A stretch of DNA of 64,000 bases from Haplodiscus bocki (lineage: Eukaryota): the NCBI GenBank assembly GCA_965655095.1, contig OZ296651.1, positions 110,732,001 to 110,796,000 of the forward strand, given 5' to 3'. The first letter of the stretch is position 1, and each line of letters begins with the position of its first letter. Made by a program: the position numbers and the translations under genes. The notes beneath the pieces are model-generated. The model did not search any database. It saw only the letters and a list, made by a program, of their open reading frames with translations, and was not told the origin of the DNA. Shown in pieces: positions 1 to 10,729 of this stretch.

Positions 1-579
1 GTAGGGGGTGTTTTTGGAGTCATCTGGGGCTAATGAAAAAATTTGTATTCGCGGTCTAAATCCGTAGGAGCCTTCTTTCAGGCTGAAAATGGGCGATTTG
101 TAACGGTGATGCGTATCACCAACACAAAATATCACTTTCGGCACTGTGAGACTCCCCCGCGGGGTGCGAAACCTGCATCACCGAACTTCACTCATCAGTG
201 AGTACTTGCTACAAGTATATAGGCGTGGAAGCCGTAATACCAATCCCTGAGAAGATATTAGACATTTTGTTCCAAGTGACTAAGTCAGTGACTAAGTCAA
301 AAATATTGAGTCTCACAGTGCCGAAAATCTCAACACAGAGGACCTATAGAAAAAAATTTCAGCAGAAAAAAGTTCCTAACTTCCGAAAATATGGCCGCAT
401 GCAAAAAATCAGGCAAATCGTATGGTTCAGTTTCGAGATCGTTTTTGGGAGCCCCTATTTCTATAATTACGTCCCAGAAAGCTTTACTGATGAGGCGGGA
501 ATGGGAACCCTACCCTTCCCGCCGAAAAAGACGGGCCACAATCGCCCCGCGCACCTAGCGGTCGAAGCTATTTCGAATG
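1..579. repeat. Common region shared by all A and B units (this copy truncated by the window start)
   Basis: The same block (14-mer CGGCACTGTGAGAC, GGTGATGCGTATCACC hairpin, doubled GTGACTAAGTCA, GC hairpins, CACCTAGCGGTCGAAGCTATTTCGAATG) recurs, ending at 579, 4132, 7743, 20079, 23468, 27034, 30604, 42938 and 55273. Confidence 0.95.
487..579. other. Multi-hairpin junction motif; candidate rolling-circle terminus/origin (one per unit)
   Basis: GGCGGGAA...TTCCCGCC stem (494-523), CGGG-CCAC-n5-CCCCG stem (532-549), CTAG (555-558) and TCGAA-GCTAT-TTCGA (562-576). A and B sequences diverge just after it. Confidence 0.6.
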
Positions 580-3500
580 GCGAGAATGGCCGGTTGTTTT
601 TGCTCACGCATGGAATCAATTGTTTCCTAACTGAATCGTCTTTTCATTGTTCAATAACAGTTTTTTTGTGAATAAAAAAACAGCCATTACAATTGTTTTG
701 ATTCAATGGAACGTCAGCTGAAAGTTTTGGGAACTGTGAAACTAATTTATCACCGGCAGTCCTGGCAAAATCGGAAATCTGACACTGTTTACGCGAACGA
801 GTGACTTAGGGACTTACTGGAAACTTTCAACTGCACCACCTTTATTTGTGTCAATAAGAGCACTTCTATTTTGAAAGACGAGAAAATAGAGCATCTGAAG
901 ATATTTTAATTCTATGGAACGTAAGCTGAAGCTTTTGGAAACGCGGAATAGAAAAGGCCACCACCTTAGTTGGCAAAACGGCAAATCGGGCACCGTGTGC
1001 GCGCAGGAGTGTAAGTGAATTAGTGGAAACTTTCAGCAGGCTTGGAACGTGAAACGGAGGATGAGTACCCAGTACCAGTGGTCTGGCGAATCCAAAAAAA
1101 GATGGCACTTCCAGTGCAACATTTCTCTGAAACTAGATGTGCAGAAGCATCTTCTTTATTCGAACAGCGTCTGTCGCACTAACTGAAGTGCATGAGGACC
1201 CCATCAAAGATTCATTTTCATCACTTGCAGTAGCAAGTGATGAAAATGAAAACCATTTTACCTACCTTGAGTCCACTAAAATCGAAAAGAGTAGTCAGCA
1301 ATTGCTCCTGTTTGTAGAGGATTTGTTGCTTGTTGTTAAGTGTAAAAAAAGGTAACGAAGAAAGACTCCGTTGCACCTACCGTCCCCTGAACGTTGCCAA
1401 AAGGAGTAGTTTGAAATTTGAAAATTGTTGGAATGAAATAACTGTGTTTTTTGGAACAAATCAAAGTAAATCAATGAGAACATTCTGAACAAAAATTGGA
1501 ACCGGAAAATTGAATATTGCAGGCAGTGTGTTCAGGAGGCAAACAATCTTATTTCCGTCCTCCGTGATGAAACGATACGAATTCATGAAATTGAAGTTTC
1601 AAGGAAAGCATAAGAATGTATATATGCATCAACTGGAGCATGAAAAAAAATATCTGTCAGTTGATAGTGCCACCAGCTTGGTTGTCGTGATTTTGAAAGC
1701 TGTATATCGTATCAAACAAATGGGGTAGTGCAAGAAGTTATCTTTACGGAAGAAAGAAATTGACAGAAATTTGGCGCTCCCCTCGATTGGTTTTTAGTTG
1801 CAGCCTCACATGAAACGACCAGACGTCTACTTTTGTTTTCAAATGCTTGGGAAGCAAATATTAGAAGCGCACTCTCGGCATCTTCGACACGGTTCATAAA
1901 GGAAAAATTGCCTCTCGACGATTGAGACCAGTTTGTCTACCGAAACGATAAACAGTTAGAAGTCAGGAAACCAACAATACAAATTATAGCATCATTGTTT
2001 ATCCTATTGTCCGTATTAAACTACAAGATGACAGGCACTATGGCGTCTTTCCTATTTTTGGCCTTCAAACATGGCTATGTTTCTCTCCGCAACAGTACTT
2101 GTCATAAAATTTTCGATGAATAAAAATCTTTTTTTTTGAAAAAAATTCTTCTTTATATCTCTAATAATGTAATTTGTGAGAACCTTACGTACGTAAACAG
2201 TAAAACGAGGTGATGAGGAAGGAAACGTGCCCTTGAAAGTTCAACTGACATCCTTTTTCAAGATCTGCGAGACCTGTTTGTCGAAAAACGTAGCACAGAA
2301 ACTCCAAGTTGATAAAATCAGCATACCGTCGAAAAGTTCAGGAAACTATGTCAAATCCAGAGTAACTTCTGATTCTATGTTACCATGGAAACTTAATTGC
2401 AACGTTTCAATTTCACCTTGAAACTTTCTTGGCTCGCAAGCGCTGAAAATTTTGTCAATTCAAGTGCGATTTGGAAAAAAACTAATTGAAAAGACTCAAA
2501 AGTCGTTTTTTCGGCACAGTGAGACATCAATTTTGGATGAAGGGTAATGAAACTATCGAAAAAAATTTTTCCAATGAAGCTGCTTGAAACCATAGCCATT
2601 GTTGTACGAAAAAACTCGAAAAAAAATTTTATTCATCGAGGGGCAAATCGATCATTTTCGGCACTGTGAGACTACGCGGGGGCATCACATCGAGCAATAG
2701 TGGTTGTTTTTGTAGTCATCAGGAGCTTTGGAATAAACCTATATTCTTGTTCTGGACTTGTAGGAGCCTTTTTTCAGGCTGATAACGGGCGATTTGTAAC
2801 GATGATGCGTTTCGCCAACACAAAATATCACTTTCGGCACTGTGAGACTTCCCCGAGGGGTGCCAAACCTGTATCACCGAACTTCACGCAATGAGTACTT
2901 ACTACAACGACAGGCACTAGGGAGTCTTTCCTATTTTTCACCTTCAAACAAGACTATGCTTTTCTCAGCAAGAGTACTTGTCATAAAATTTTCGATTATA
3001 AAAAATCTCTTTTTTTGAAATTTTCTCTTTTTTCTCTAGAACAATGAAATTGGTAAGGAACTTACTTACGTCAACATGTAAACGAGGTAATGGAGAAGGA
3101 GAGGTACCCTTGAGTGTTAAAATGGCATGCTTTTTCAAAGATCTGTGAGACTTTTTTGTCGAAAAAACAAAGCAAAGAAACTCCAAGTTGAAAAAATCGG
3201 TATACGGGCGAAAAATTCAGAAGAATATGTCAAATCCAGAGTCACTTCTAATTCTGTTTTACCATGGATATTTATGTTGCAACGTTTCCACTTCGCCCTA
3301 AACATTCTTGGATCGCGAGCACTGAAAAAATTGTCAGTTCGAGTGTGATTGGTAGAAAACAAGTTGAAACGACTCAAAAATCAATTTTTTGGGCACAGTG
3401 AGACATAAACTTTGGATTAAGGGTAACGAAAACATCGAAAAAACTTTCTGCAGTGAAATTGCTCGAAACTACAGCCATTGATGTATAATACAACCTCAAA

Positions 3501-4132
3501 AATTTTTTGGGGGGCAAACCGGTCATTTTCGGCACTGTGAGACTACCCCGGGGGCACATTATGAGGTAAGAGGGGGTGTTTTTGGAGTCATCTGGAGCTA
3601 ATGGTTGAAATTGTACTTATGGTCTGAATCCGTAGGAGCCGTCCTTCAGGTCGAAAATGGGCGATTTGTAACGGTGATGCGTATCACCAACTCAAAATAT
3701 CACTTTCGGCACTGTGAGACTTCCCCGATGGGTGCCAAACCTGTATCAACGAACTTCACTCAATGAGTACTTACTACAAGTATAGGGGCTTGGAAGGCAG
3801 AATACCAATTCCTGAGAAGATATTAGAGATTTTTTTTAAAGTGACTAAGTCAGTGACTAAGTCAAAAATTTTGAGTCTCACAGCGCCGAAAATCTCAACA
3901 CAGATGTTCGATAGAAAAAAATTTCAGCAGAAAAAAGTTCTTAACTTCCGCATGCAAAAAATCAGGCAAATCGTATGGTTCAGTTTCGAGATCGTAATTG
4001 GGAGCCCCTAATTTTATAACTCCGTCCAGAAAGCCTGACTGATAGAGGCGGGAATGGGAACCCTACCGTTCCCGCCGAAAATGACGGGCCACCACTACCC
4101 CGCGCACCTAGCGGTCGAAGCTATTTCGAATG
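580..4132. mobile_element. Type A unit 1 (~3.55 kb), non-coding tandem unit, putative non-autonomous partner of the Helitron-like element
   Basis: Repeats head-to-tail, shares the common region with B units, has no conserved long ORF, and contains internal ~0.21 kb and ~0.88 kb duplications. Confidence 0.75.
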
Positions 4133-7100
4133 GCGAGAGTGGCGGGTTGTTTTTGATCACGCATGGAAGCAAAGGTTTCCTCACTGAAGCGTCTTTTCAT
4201 TGTGTCAATAACAGTTTTTTTGTGACTAAAAAGAAAAATCAGGCATTACACTTGTTTCGATTCAATGGAAAGTCAGCTGAAAGTTTTGGAAACTGGGAAA
4301 GGAATTTATCACGGGCAGCGCTTGCAAAGTGGGAAATCTGCCACTGTTTACGCGCAAGAGTTACTTAGGGAGTTACTGGAAACTTCCAACTGCAGCACAT
4401 TTTCTTTGTGTCAGCAAGAGCACCTCTATTCTGGAAGAGGATAAAAATGAGCATCTGGAGATATTTTGGTTCAATGGAACGCAAGCTGAAGCTTGTGGAA
4501 ACGCGGAAAAGAATTTGTCAACGCCTTAGTTGGCAAAACGGCAAATCGGGCACCGTGTAGTCACTGGAGGGTTTCTTTGATTTAGTCGAAACCTTCAGTA
4601 GGCTTGGAAATTGAAACGGACGTAGAGTACCCAGTACCAGTGGCCTGGCAAATCCAAAAAAGATGGCACTTCCACTGCAACATTTCTCTCAAATTAGATG
4701 TACAGAAAACACCTTCTTTATTCGACTAATGGCTGTCGCACTAACTGAAGTGCATGAGAACCCTACCAAAAATTCATTTTCATCACTTGCAGTCGCAAGT
4801 GATGAAAATGAAAACCACTCTACCTACTTGATTTCAGTATAATCAAAAAGGGGTAGTCACCATTTGGTCCTGTTCGTAGAGGACTTGTTGCTTGTTGTCA
4901 CGTGTAAAAAAAGGTAACGTAAAAAGTCTCCGTTGCACCTACCTTCCCTTGAACGTTGCCAAAAAGAGTAGTTTGAAATTTGAAAAGTGTTGGAATGAAG
5001 TAACTGTGCTTTTTTGGAACAAATCAAAGTTAATCAATGAGAACATTTTGAACAAAAATTGGAACCGGAAAATTGAAAATACAGGCAGTGTCTTTAGAGG
5101 GCAAACCAGGTTAAATCCGTCCTCCATGATGAAACGATACGAATTCATGAAATTGAAGTTTCAAGAAAAACATAGGAATGTATACATGCATCAATTAAAG
5201 CATGGAAAAAAATATCTGTCATTTAATAGTGCCATCGGCCAGGCTGTCGTGATTTTGAAAGCGGTTTATGGTATTAAAGAACTGGCGTAGTTCAAGAAGT
5301 TATCTTTACAGAAGAAAGAACGTGACAGAAATTTGACGCTCTGCTCGATTGGTTTTTAGTAGCAGGCTCACATGAAACGTTGAGACGTCAACTTTTGTTT
5401 TCAAATGCTTGGGAAACAAAGTATGGAAGCGCACTCTCGGCATCTTCGACACGGTTCATACAGGAAAAAATGCCTCTCCACGATTGAGACTAGTCAGTCT
5501 CCCAAAAAAAAGAACATTTAGTCGTCAGGAAACCAACAAATCAATTTAAAGCTTCATTGATTATCCTAATATCGGTAAATAACTGCAAGACGACTGGCAC
5601 TAGGGCGTGTTGCCTATTTTTGACCTTGAAACAAGGCTATGCTTCTCTCAGCAACAGTACTTTTCGAATACTTTATGACAGAATACTTTATGACGAATAC
5701 TTTTTCGAAAGAGAAAAAAATCTTTTTTTTTTGAAAATTTTTCTTTCTTCCATGTAACAATGAAATTTGAAGGAATCTACCTACGTCAACAGGAAAATGG
5801 GTTGCTGGAGAAGGATATGTGCCCTCGAATCTTCAAATGGCATACTTTTTCAAGATCTTCGAGACCTTTTGTCGAAAAAAACGTAGCACAGAAGCTCCAA
5901 GTTGAAAAAATCGGCATATGGGCGGAAAATTCAGAAGAATATGTCAAATCCAGAGTCACTTCTGATTATATGTTATCATGGAAGTTTGATTGCACCGTTT
6001 TCATTTCGCCTCGAAACATTCTTGGCTTGCGAGCACTGAAAATTTTGTCAATTCAAGTGCGATTGGGAAAAACTAAATGAAAAAAATGAAAATTTATTTT
6101 TTTTTCGGCACAGTGAGAATTAAACTTTGGATGAAGCGTAGGGAAAAAATCGAAAAATCTTTTTCCAAGGAAGTTGCTTGAAAGCATGGTCATTGTTGTA
6201 CGAAATATCTCGAACAAAAACTTTTGGGCAAAACCGCTCTGTTTCGGCACTGTGAGACTACCCCGGTGGCACCATATGAAGCAATGGTGGTTTTCTTTGG
6301 AGTCATCTGGAGCTTTGAGATCAAGTTGTATTCATGGTCTGGACTTGTAGGAGCCTTCATTCAGGCTGAAAACGGGCGATTTGTAACGGTGATGCGTATC
6401 GGCAACACAAATTATCACTTTCGGCACTGTGACACTTCCCCGGGGGTTGGGAAACCTGTATCACCGAACCTCACTAAATTAGTACTTACTACAACAACAG
6501 GCACTAGGGCGTGTTTCCTATTCTTCAACTTCAAACAAGGCTTCGCTTTTCTCAGCAACAGTATTTGTCGTAAAGTTTTCGATGAATAAAAATCTCTTTT
6601 GAAATATTATCTTTGTTCTGTGTAATAATTAAATTTTTAGAGAACTTACTTACGTCAACAGGTAAATGAGGTGATGGAGAAGGCAATGTTCCCCTGAGTG
6701 TTTAGAGAGCTTGGTGTGCTTTTCTACAGGTCTGCGAGCCCTTTTGTCGGAAAAAAAGTAGCACAGAAACTCTAAAACTCTAAGTTGAAAAAATCGGCAA
6801 GCAGATTAAAAATTCAGAGGACTATCTCAAATCGACCGTCACTTGTGCTTTGTACTACCCTTAAAATGTAAGCTGCAACGTTTAGATTTAGCCTTGAAAC
6901 TATGTTGGTTCACGATCCCTGAAGAAAAATACTTTTTCAGTAGGATTGGGAAGAAAACTAATTGAAAAAACTCAAAAAAAACAAATTTTCGGCACTGTGA
7001 GACATGAATGTCTGCTGAAAGCTATTGAGAACGTCGAAAAACTAATACCCAATGACATTGCTTGAAACTACGGCCCTCGATGTATGAATTGACTCGAACA

Positions 7101-7743
7101 CACTTTTTGAACCACATCCAATTTTTTTCGGCACTGTGAGACTACCCCGGGGCCAACTTATGAGGTAATAGGGGGTGTTTTTGGAGTCAACAGGAGCTAG
7201 TGAACAAAATTGTACTCATGGTCTGAATCCGTAGGAGCCTTTCTTCAGGCTGAAAATGGGCGATTTGTAACGGTGATGCGTATCACCAACACAAAATATC
7301 ACTTTCGGCCCTGTGAGACTGCCCCGCGGGGTGCGAAACCTGCATCATCGAACTTCACTCAGTGAGTACTTACTACAAGTATATGGGCTTGGAAGCCGTA
7401 ATACCAATCCCTGAGCAGATATTAGAGATTTTGTTGCAAGTGACTAAGTCAGTGACTAAGTCATTAATATTGGGTCTCACAGTGCCGAAAATCTCAACAC
7501 AGAGGTCCGATAGAAAAAAATTTCAGCAGAAAAAAGTTCCTAACTTCCAAAAATATGGCCGCATGCAAAAAATCAGGCAAATCGTATTGTTCAGTTCCGA
7601 GTTCGTAATTGGGAGCTCCTAAATTGATAACTACGTCCCAGAAAGCTTTACTGATGAGGCGGGAATGGGAACCCTACCCTTCCCACCGAAAAAGACGGGC
7701 TACAATCACCCCGCGCACCTAGCGGTCGAAGCTACTACGAATG
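4133..7743. mobile_element. Type A unit 2 (~3.61 kb)
   Basis: Colinear with A1; second sub-repeat is the variant carrying gagcttggtgtgctttt and aaactctaaaactcta. Confidence 0.75.
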
Positions 7744-8727
7744 ACAAGGCCTGCATTTTTTCTAACTTTTAGTGTATGTCTGTTGTTCCCCGCTTCGTTT
7801 TATTTCCCTACCGATAATATTTTCTTTCACGACTATCATGAAAAACGCTCAACTCTTGTCTCTTAGAAGTGTATATTTGTTCCTTGACACTTAATTCAAA
7901 ATTCAGGAGCCTCCGAGCACAACTTTGGCTACTTATGGTTTTTCGAATGCTTAGATGTTTTTTCGAAGAAAAGCATTTTCATGGATCACTTTCTGGTTTT
8001 TTTTTGTACTTCCATACACGATTCATTTAAAATGAAGACTGCTTAAAATAGCTTAAGTTTAAGTGCACTATATCAAACATTGATTGATTGCCTATTATGA
8101 TTTTTGCAATACCTTTCGCTAAATGTATCCTAAAAAACTTTCAGCTTTCTTGGTATTTCAATATGTGAAACTGACTTTCAGGTTCAAAGTTTTGGTTGTA
8201 GATAGAATAAAATGTTTTAACTCAAAGAATTTAATTTACTTCAGAGAGCTCAGGAAAAATGCCAATCAAAACACAGCATTAATTCATGAGCAACAAGACA
8301 ACAACAACACAGTTAGCTGTACTTAGCTCAGAGAAGTTTTTAATACAAACATGGTTCTAAAACAAAAAGAACACTGTTGCAAGTATGTAAAACTCATTTC
8401 AAATGTATATAAGAAGCGAAAACTTTGTGGCTCATGTTTTTTGCATCTTTCAAGTTAACATTTTTCTGAAAATTTTTGGATTGAAACTTTTCACTAGCGT
8501 AGGTTTTTGTATTTCTGAATAACATTCCAGGGATATCAGTACATGTCTTCTAATAATAGTAAAAATAGGCAGGAGGACTAAGATACAAAAATTTGTCTTC
8601 TTGGGTCGAGCACGTTGCACTCACCTCAGACGTTTCATAAGACTAAACATGATAAACTAATAGGTTTCATTTATACGATGCTGTGTCATTCTGGCCCCGG
8701 CCCCTCTTCATATATTCCCAACCTGCT

Positions 8728-9711
8728 TCAAACATTGCCATCATGGCCATACATTAAAACATTTTGAGCAGCAGAAAACAGTGTGACGGGCTCTATTGAG
8801 GAAATGTGGTATGCAAACGTCCCACTCGCTACACCTTCCTCATCCATTGCCGGTTTGAACCAGCCCGTTATACGAAACCCCTGATTAGCCGCAACATTAT
8901 TGGCCAATTCTATCACTTCATCCTCCATGTCGAATGTATCCAAATTATCCGAAGACAACTGTTCGGTTCTTTTATTGGCATGAACCAAATTCTTTGTGAG
9001 GGCCATGGATGTAAACTCCACCGCCTTTTCACCAGTTACACGCTCACCCAATTCGTTGCAAACAATCTTGAAAGTCAGTGCCCAATGCTTTTTACTCTCC
9101 GCTAAAATGCAAGGACAGGGGTTATTTCCCTGGGCGTCGCATAATTTTCCATTGCACACATTGTCTTTAGGCATAGCTTGAAGTATGCGGAAATTTGATG
9201 GAATGAAATCAAAGAACACGTAATTAGGGATATTGATATCAGTGGGGGGAGGTTTGTGTACATTTCCCCTTCCAGTAGGAACAACAGGGTCACCAAACTG
9301 AATCAAAGGATTTTGTGTTGTTTTCAGATACCCAATTACTTTAGGGCTTAGTACCCAAACGGGGCAACCTGGCGCAAGATGTTGACTATAGCACAGTATT
9401 CTTCTTGACTCCATTGATGTTTGCGTGAAAGTTAGCAGGACATGATTTGTCCCTTCCACACCTAGTACGATAAACCTATCATTGTTAACTTCCTGGTATC
9501 TCGATTTGAAAGTGTTTTTTGCAGGTTTATAGTAATTGATTTTTTTCAAACCTGGTGTTGCATAAAGAAAAACACACTTCAGCTTATAACGTGAAGGTAA
9601 TTCATATTCATCACTTATGATTTGATTATACTGTTTTGTTTCGAATTTTTCGTTGACACTCATTTGAACCTCATTCAGGGGCTTTTCGAACTTGATGTAA
9701 CCTACAGGCAT
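8728..9711 (-). CDS. 327-aa element-encoded protein of unknown function with C-x4-C-x7-C-x-C motif (possible Zn-containing OB-fold/RPA-like)
   Basis: ORF is open in all four B copies; motif CNGKLCDAQGNNPCPC; many differences between copies are at third codon positions. The function is inferred only. Confidence 0.85.
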   Translation of the reverse strand: MPVGYIKFEKPLNEVQMSVNEKFETKQYNQIISDEYELPSRYKLKCVFLYATPGLKKINYYKPAKNTFKSRYQEVNNDRFIVLGVEGTNHVLLTFTQTSMESRRILCYSQHLAPGCPVWVLSPKVIGYLKTTQNPLIQFGDPVVPTGRGNVHKPPPTDINIPNYVFFDFIPSNFRILQAMPKDNVCNGKLCDAQGNNPCPCILAESKKHWALTFKIVCNELGERVTGEKAVEFTSMALTKNLVHANKRTEQLSSDNLDTFDMEDEVIELANNVAANQGFRITGWFKPAMDEEGVASGTFAYHISSIEPVTLFSAAQNVLMYGHDGNV

Positions 9712-10013
9712 TTTGCACTGAAAAAAAAACGGAGTTTTTGTTTAAAACTGGTAATGCTACCAAAATTGATAGCTGGATGCATTTTTAAAAGGCATAGCCA
9801 AAACAATTCTCATCAATACTTATTGCGATTTTGAAATTGCAGCTGCGAGAAAGAAAACAGTAGACCCTGTAGAAAAATACTCGACCCGTTCGAAAATACT
9901 GAGACCTAATACGCAAAATGGTTACTTTTCAGGTGTAGACAAAACTTTTGAAGATAAAACGAAAAATGACGTATCCATTGTAAGATAAATGCAGGTAAGG
10001 GAAAAATTCAGGA

Positions 10014-10058
10014 GAACGCTCGCATCGGGCACGTAAAACGTCCCCGCTGACTCGCTAG
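10014..10058. terminator. Conserved GC hairpin + CTAG between the GIY-YIG stop and the orphan ORF (Helitron-end-like signal)
   Basis: CGGGCACGT-AAA-ACGTCCCCG-ctgactcg-CTAG is nearly invariant at 10014, 32875, 45210 and 57562, while its flanks drift. Confidence 0.55.
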
Positions 10059-10096
10059 AAAAAATAACAAAGTAAAATTTAATTGTATAGCAAGGA

Positions 10097-10604
10097 TCAT
10101 GAAATAACAGTTCCGCAACAACAAAAGACTAAGTTACCAAATTGATTGGAATTGCATAAAGTTCGAAATTCATCAACAAGTGCGTCAATTCTTAAATCAA
10201 AAAACAACAGTTGGTGCAAAGAGGTCTCCATAAGCAACCTGTCACTGTCATTTTGAAAATTATAACAGAATGCGGCCAATGACCATGGTCTGCGATGAAG
10301 TGGTAATGTAAAATTGCCTCCGTAACCACTGTTATGTTCAAGGAGACGTGTGAGAACACTTCTTTTCGTTTGACCAACATAGGTAGTTTTCAAAGTTTTG
10401 TCTTTCAAGCTCACAAGAACATATACGAAACCAAGAATAACGTCTGGAATTTCAACCCGAATTGGACGGAATTGAAATTCTGGTAAATTCAGCACTGTAG
10501 GAGCTCTGCTCATTGTTTGAAGATTCATCAATCTTTTAGTTACTTCAATTTCATGAGGGGTTGTTTTCGACAAAATAGCTCTGATCGCCCGACAAGTGTC
10601 ATCA
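10097..10604 (-). CDS. GIY-YIG endonuclease exon (last exon of the RepHel gene)
   Basis: GFVYVLVSLKDKTLKTTYVGQTKRSVLTRLLEHNSGYGGNFT..RPW..E resembles the SLX1/UvrC-type GIY-YIG pattern; the exon is open in all four copies. Confidence 0.85.
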
Positions 10605-10729
10605 CTGCAATTAGAAAAAGGCTTTTCCTTAGTTCCTCAATTGGTGCAAGAATTAAAATCTGGATGAAGAAATGAATTTGACCTATTTATGTCTCATCTA
10701 AAATTGGAGCCCCTAAGGAAAAGCCTTAC
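10605..10729 (-). other. Predicted 125-nt phase-2 spliceosomal intron joining the helicase to GIY-YIG
   Basis: AT|GTAAGG donor and TTTTTCTAATTGCAG| acceptor. Splicing gives FVGDI-DDTCRAIRAILSKTTPH in frame. Same length and sites at 33466-33590, 45801-45925 and 58153-58277. Confidence 0.8.

Noticed and set aside
314-341. CACAGTG + 12 bp + ACACAGAGG resembling a V(D)J RSS or Transib end
   Set aside because: The nonamer match is poor, the heptamer is CACAGCG in several copies, and no DDE/RAG-like ORF is present.
198-671. Recurrent + strand ORFs 'MSTYYKY...' and 'MGTLPFPPK...' in the common region
   Set aside because: Starts, stops and frames differ among copies; they recur only because the DNA is repeated.
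1510-1897. Short ORFs in the A body (MKRYEFMKLKF..., MNRVEDAES...)
   Set aside because: Lengths vary, some copies have stops, and no motif is recognisable. A decayed gene cannot be excluded but is not supported.
2500-3760. Repeated 14-mer with intervening sequence as a CRISPR array
   Set aside because: Spacers are 130-550 bp and homologous between units, there are no cas genes, and the context is eukaryotic.
5666-5703. Local tandem duplication gaatactttatgac
   Set aside because: Private slippage event in A2 with no sign of function.
10097-10573. GIY-YIG as part of a Penelope-like retroelement or a host SLX1 gene
   Set aside because: No reverse transcriptase motifs are present, and the exon splices in frame to the helicase in every copy.
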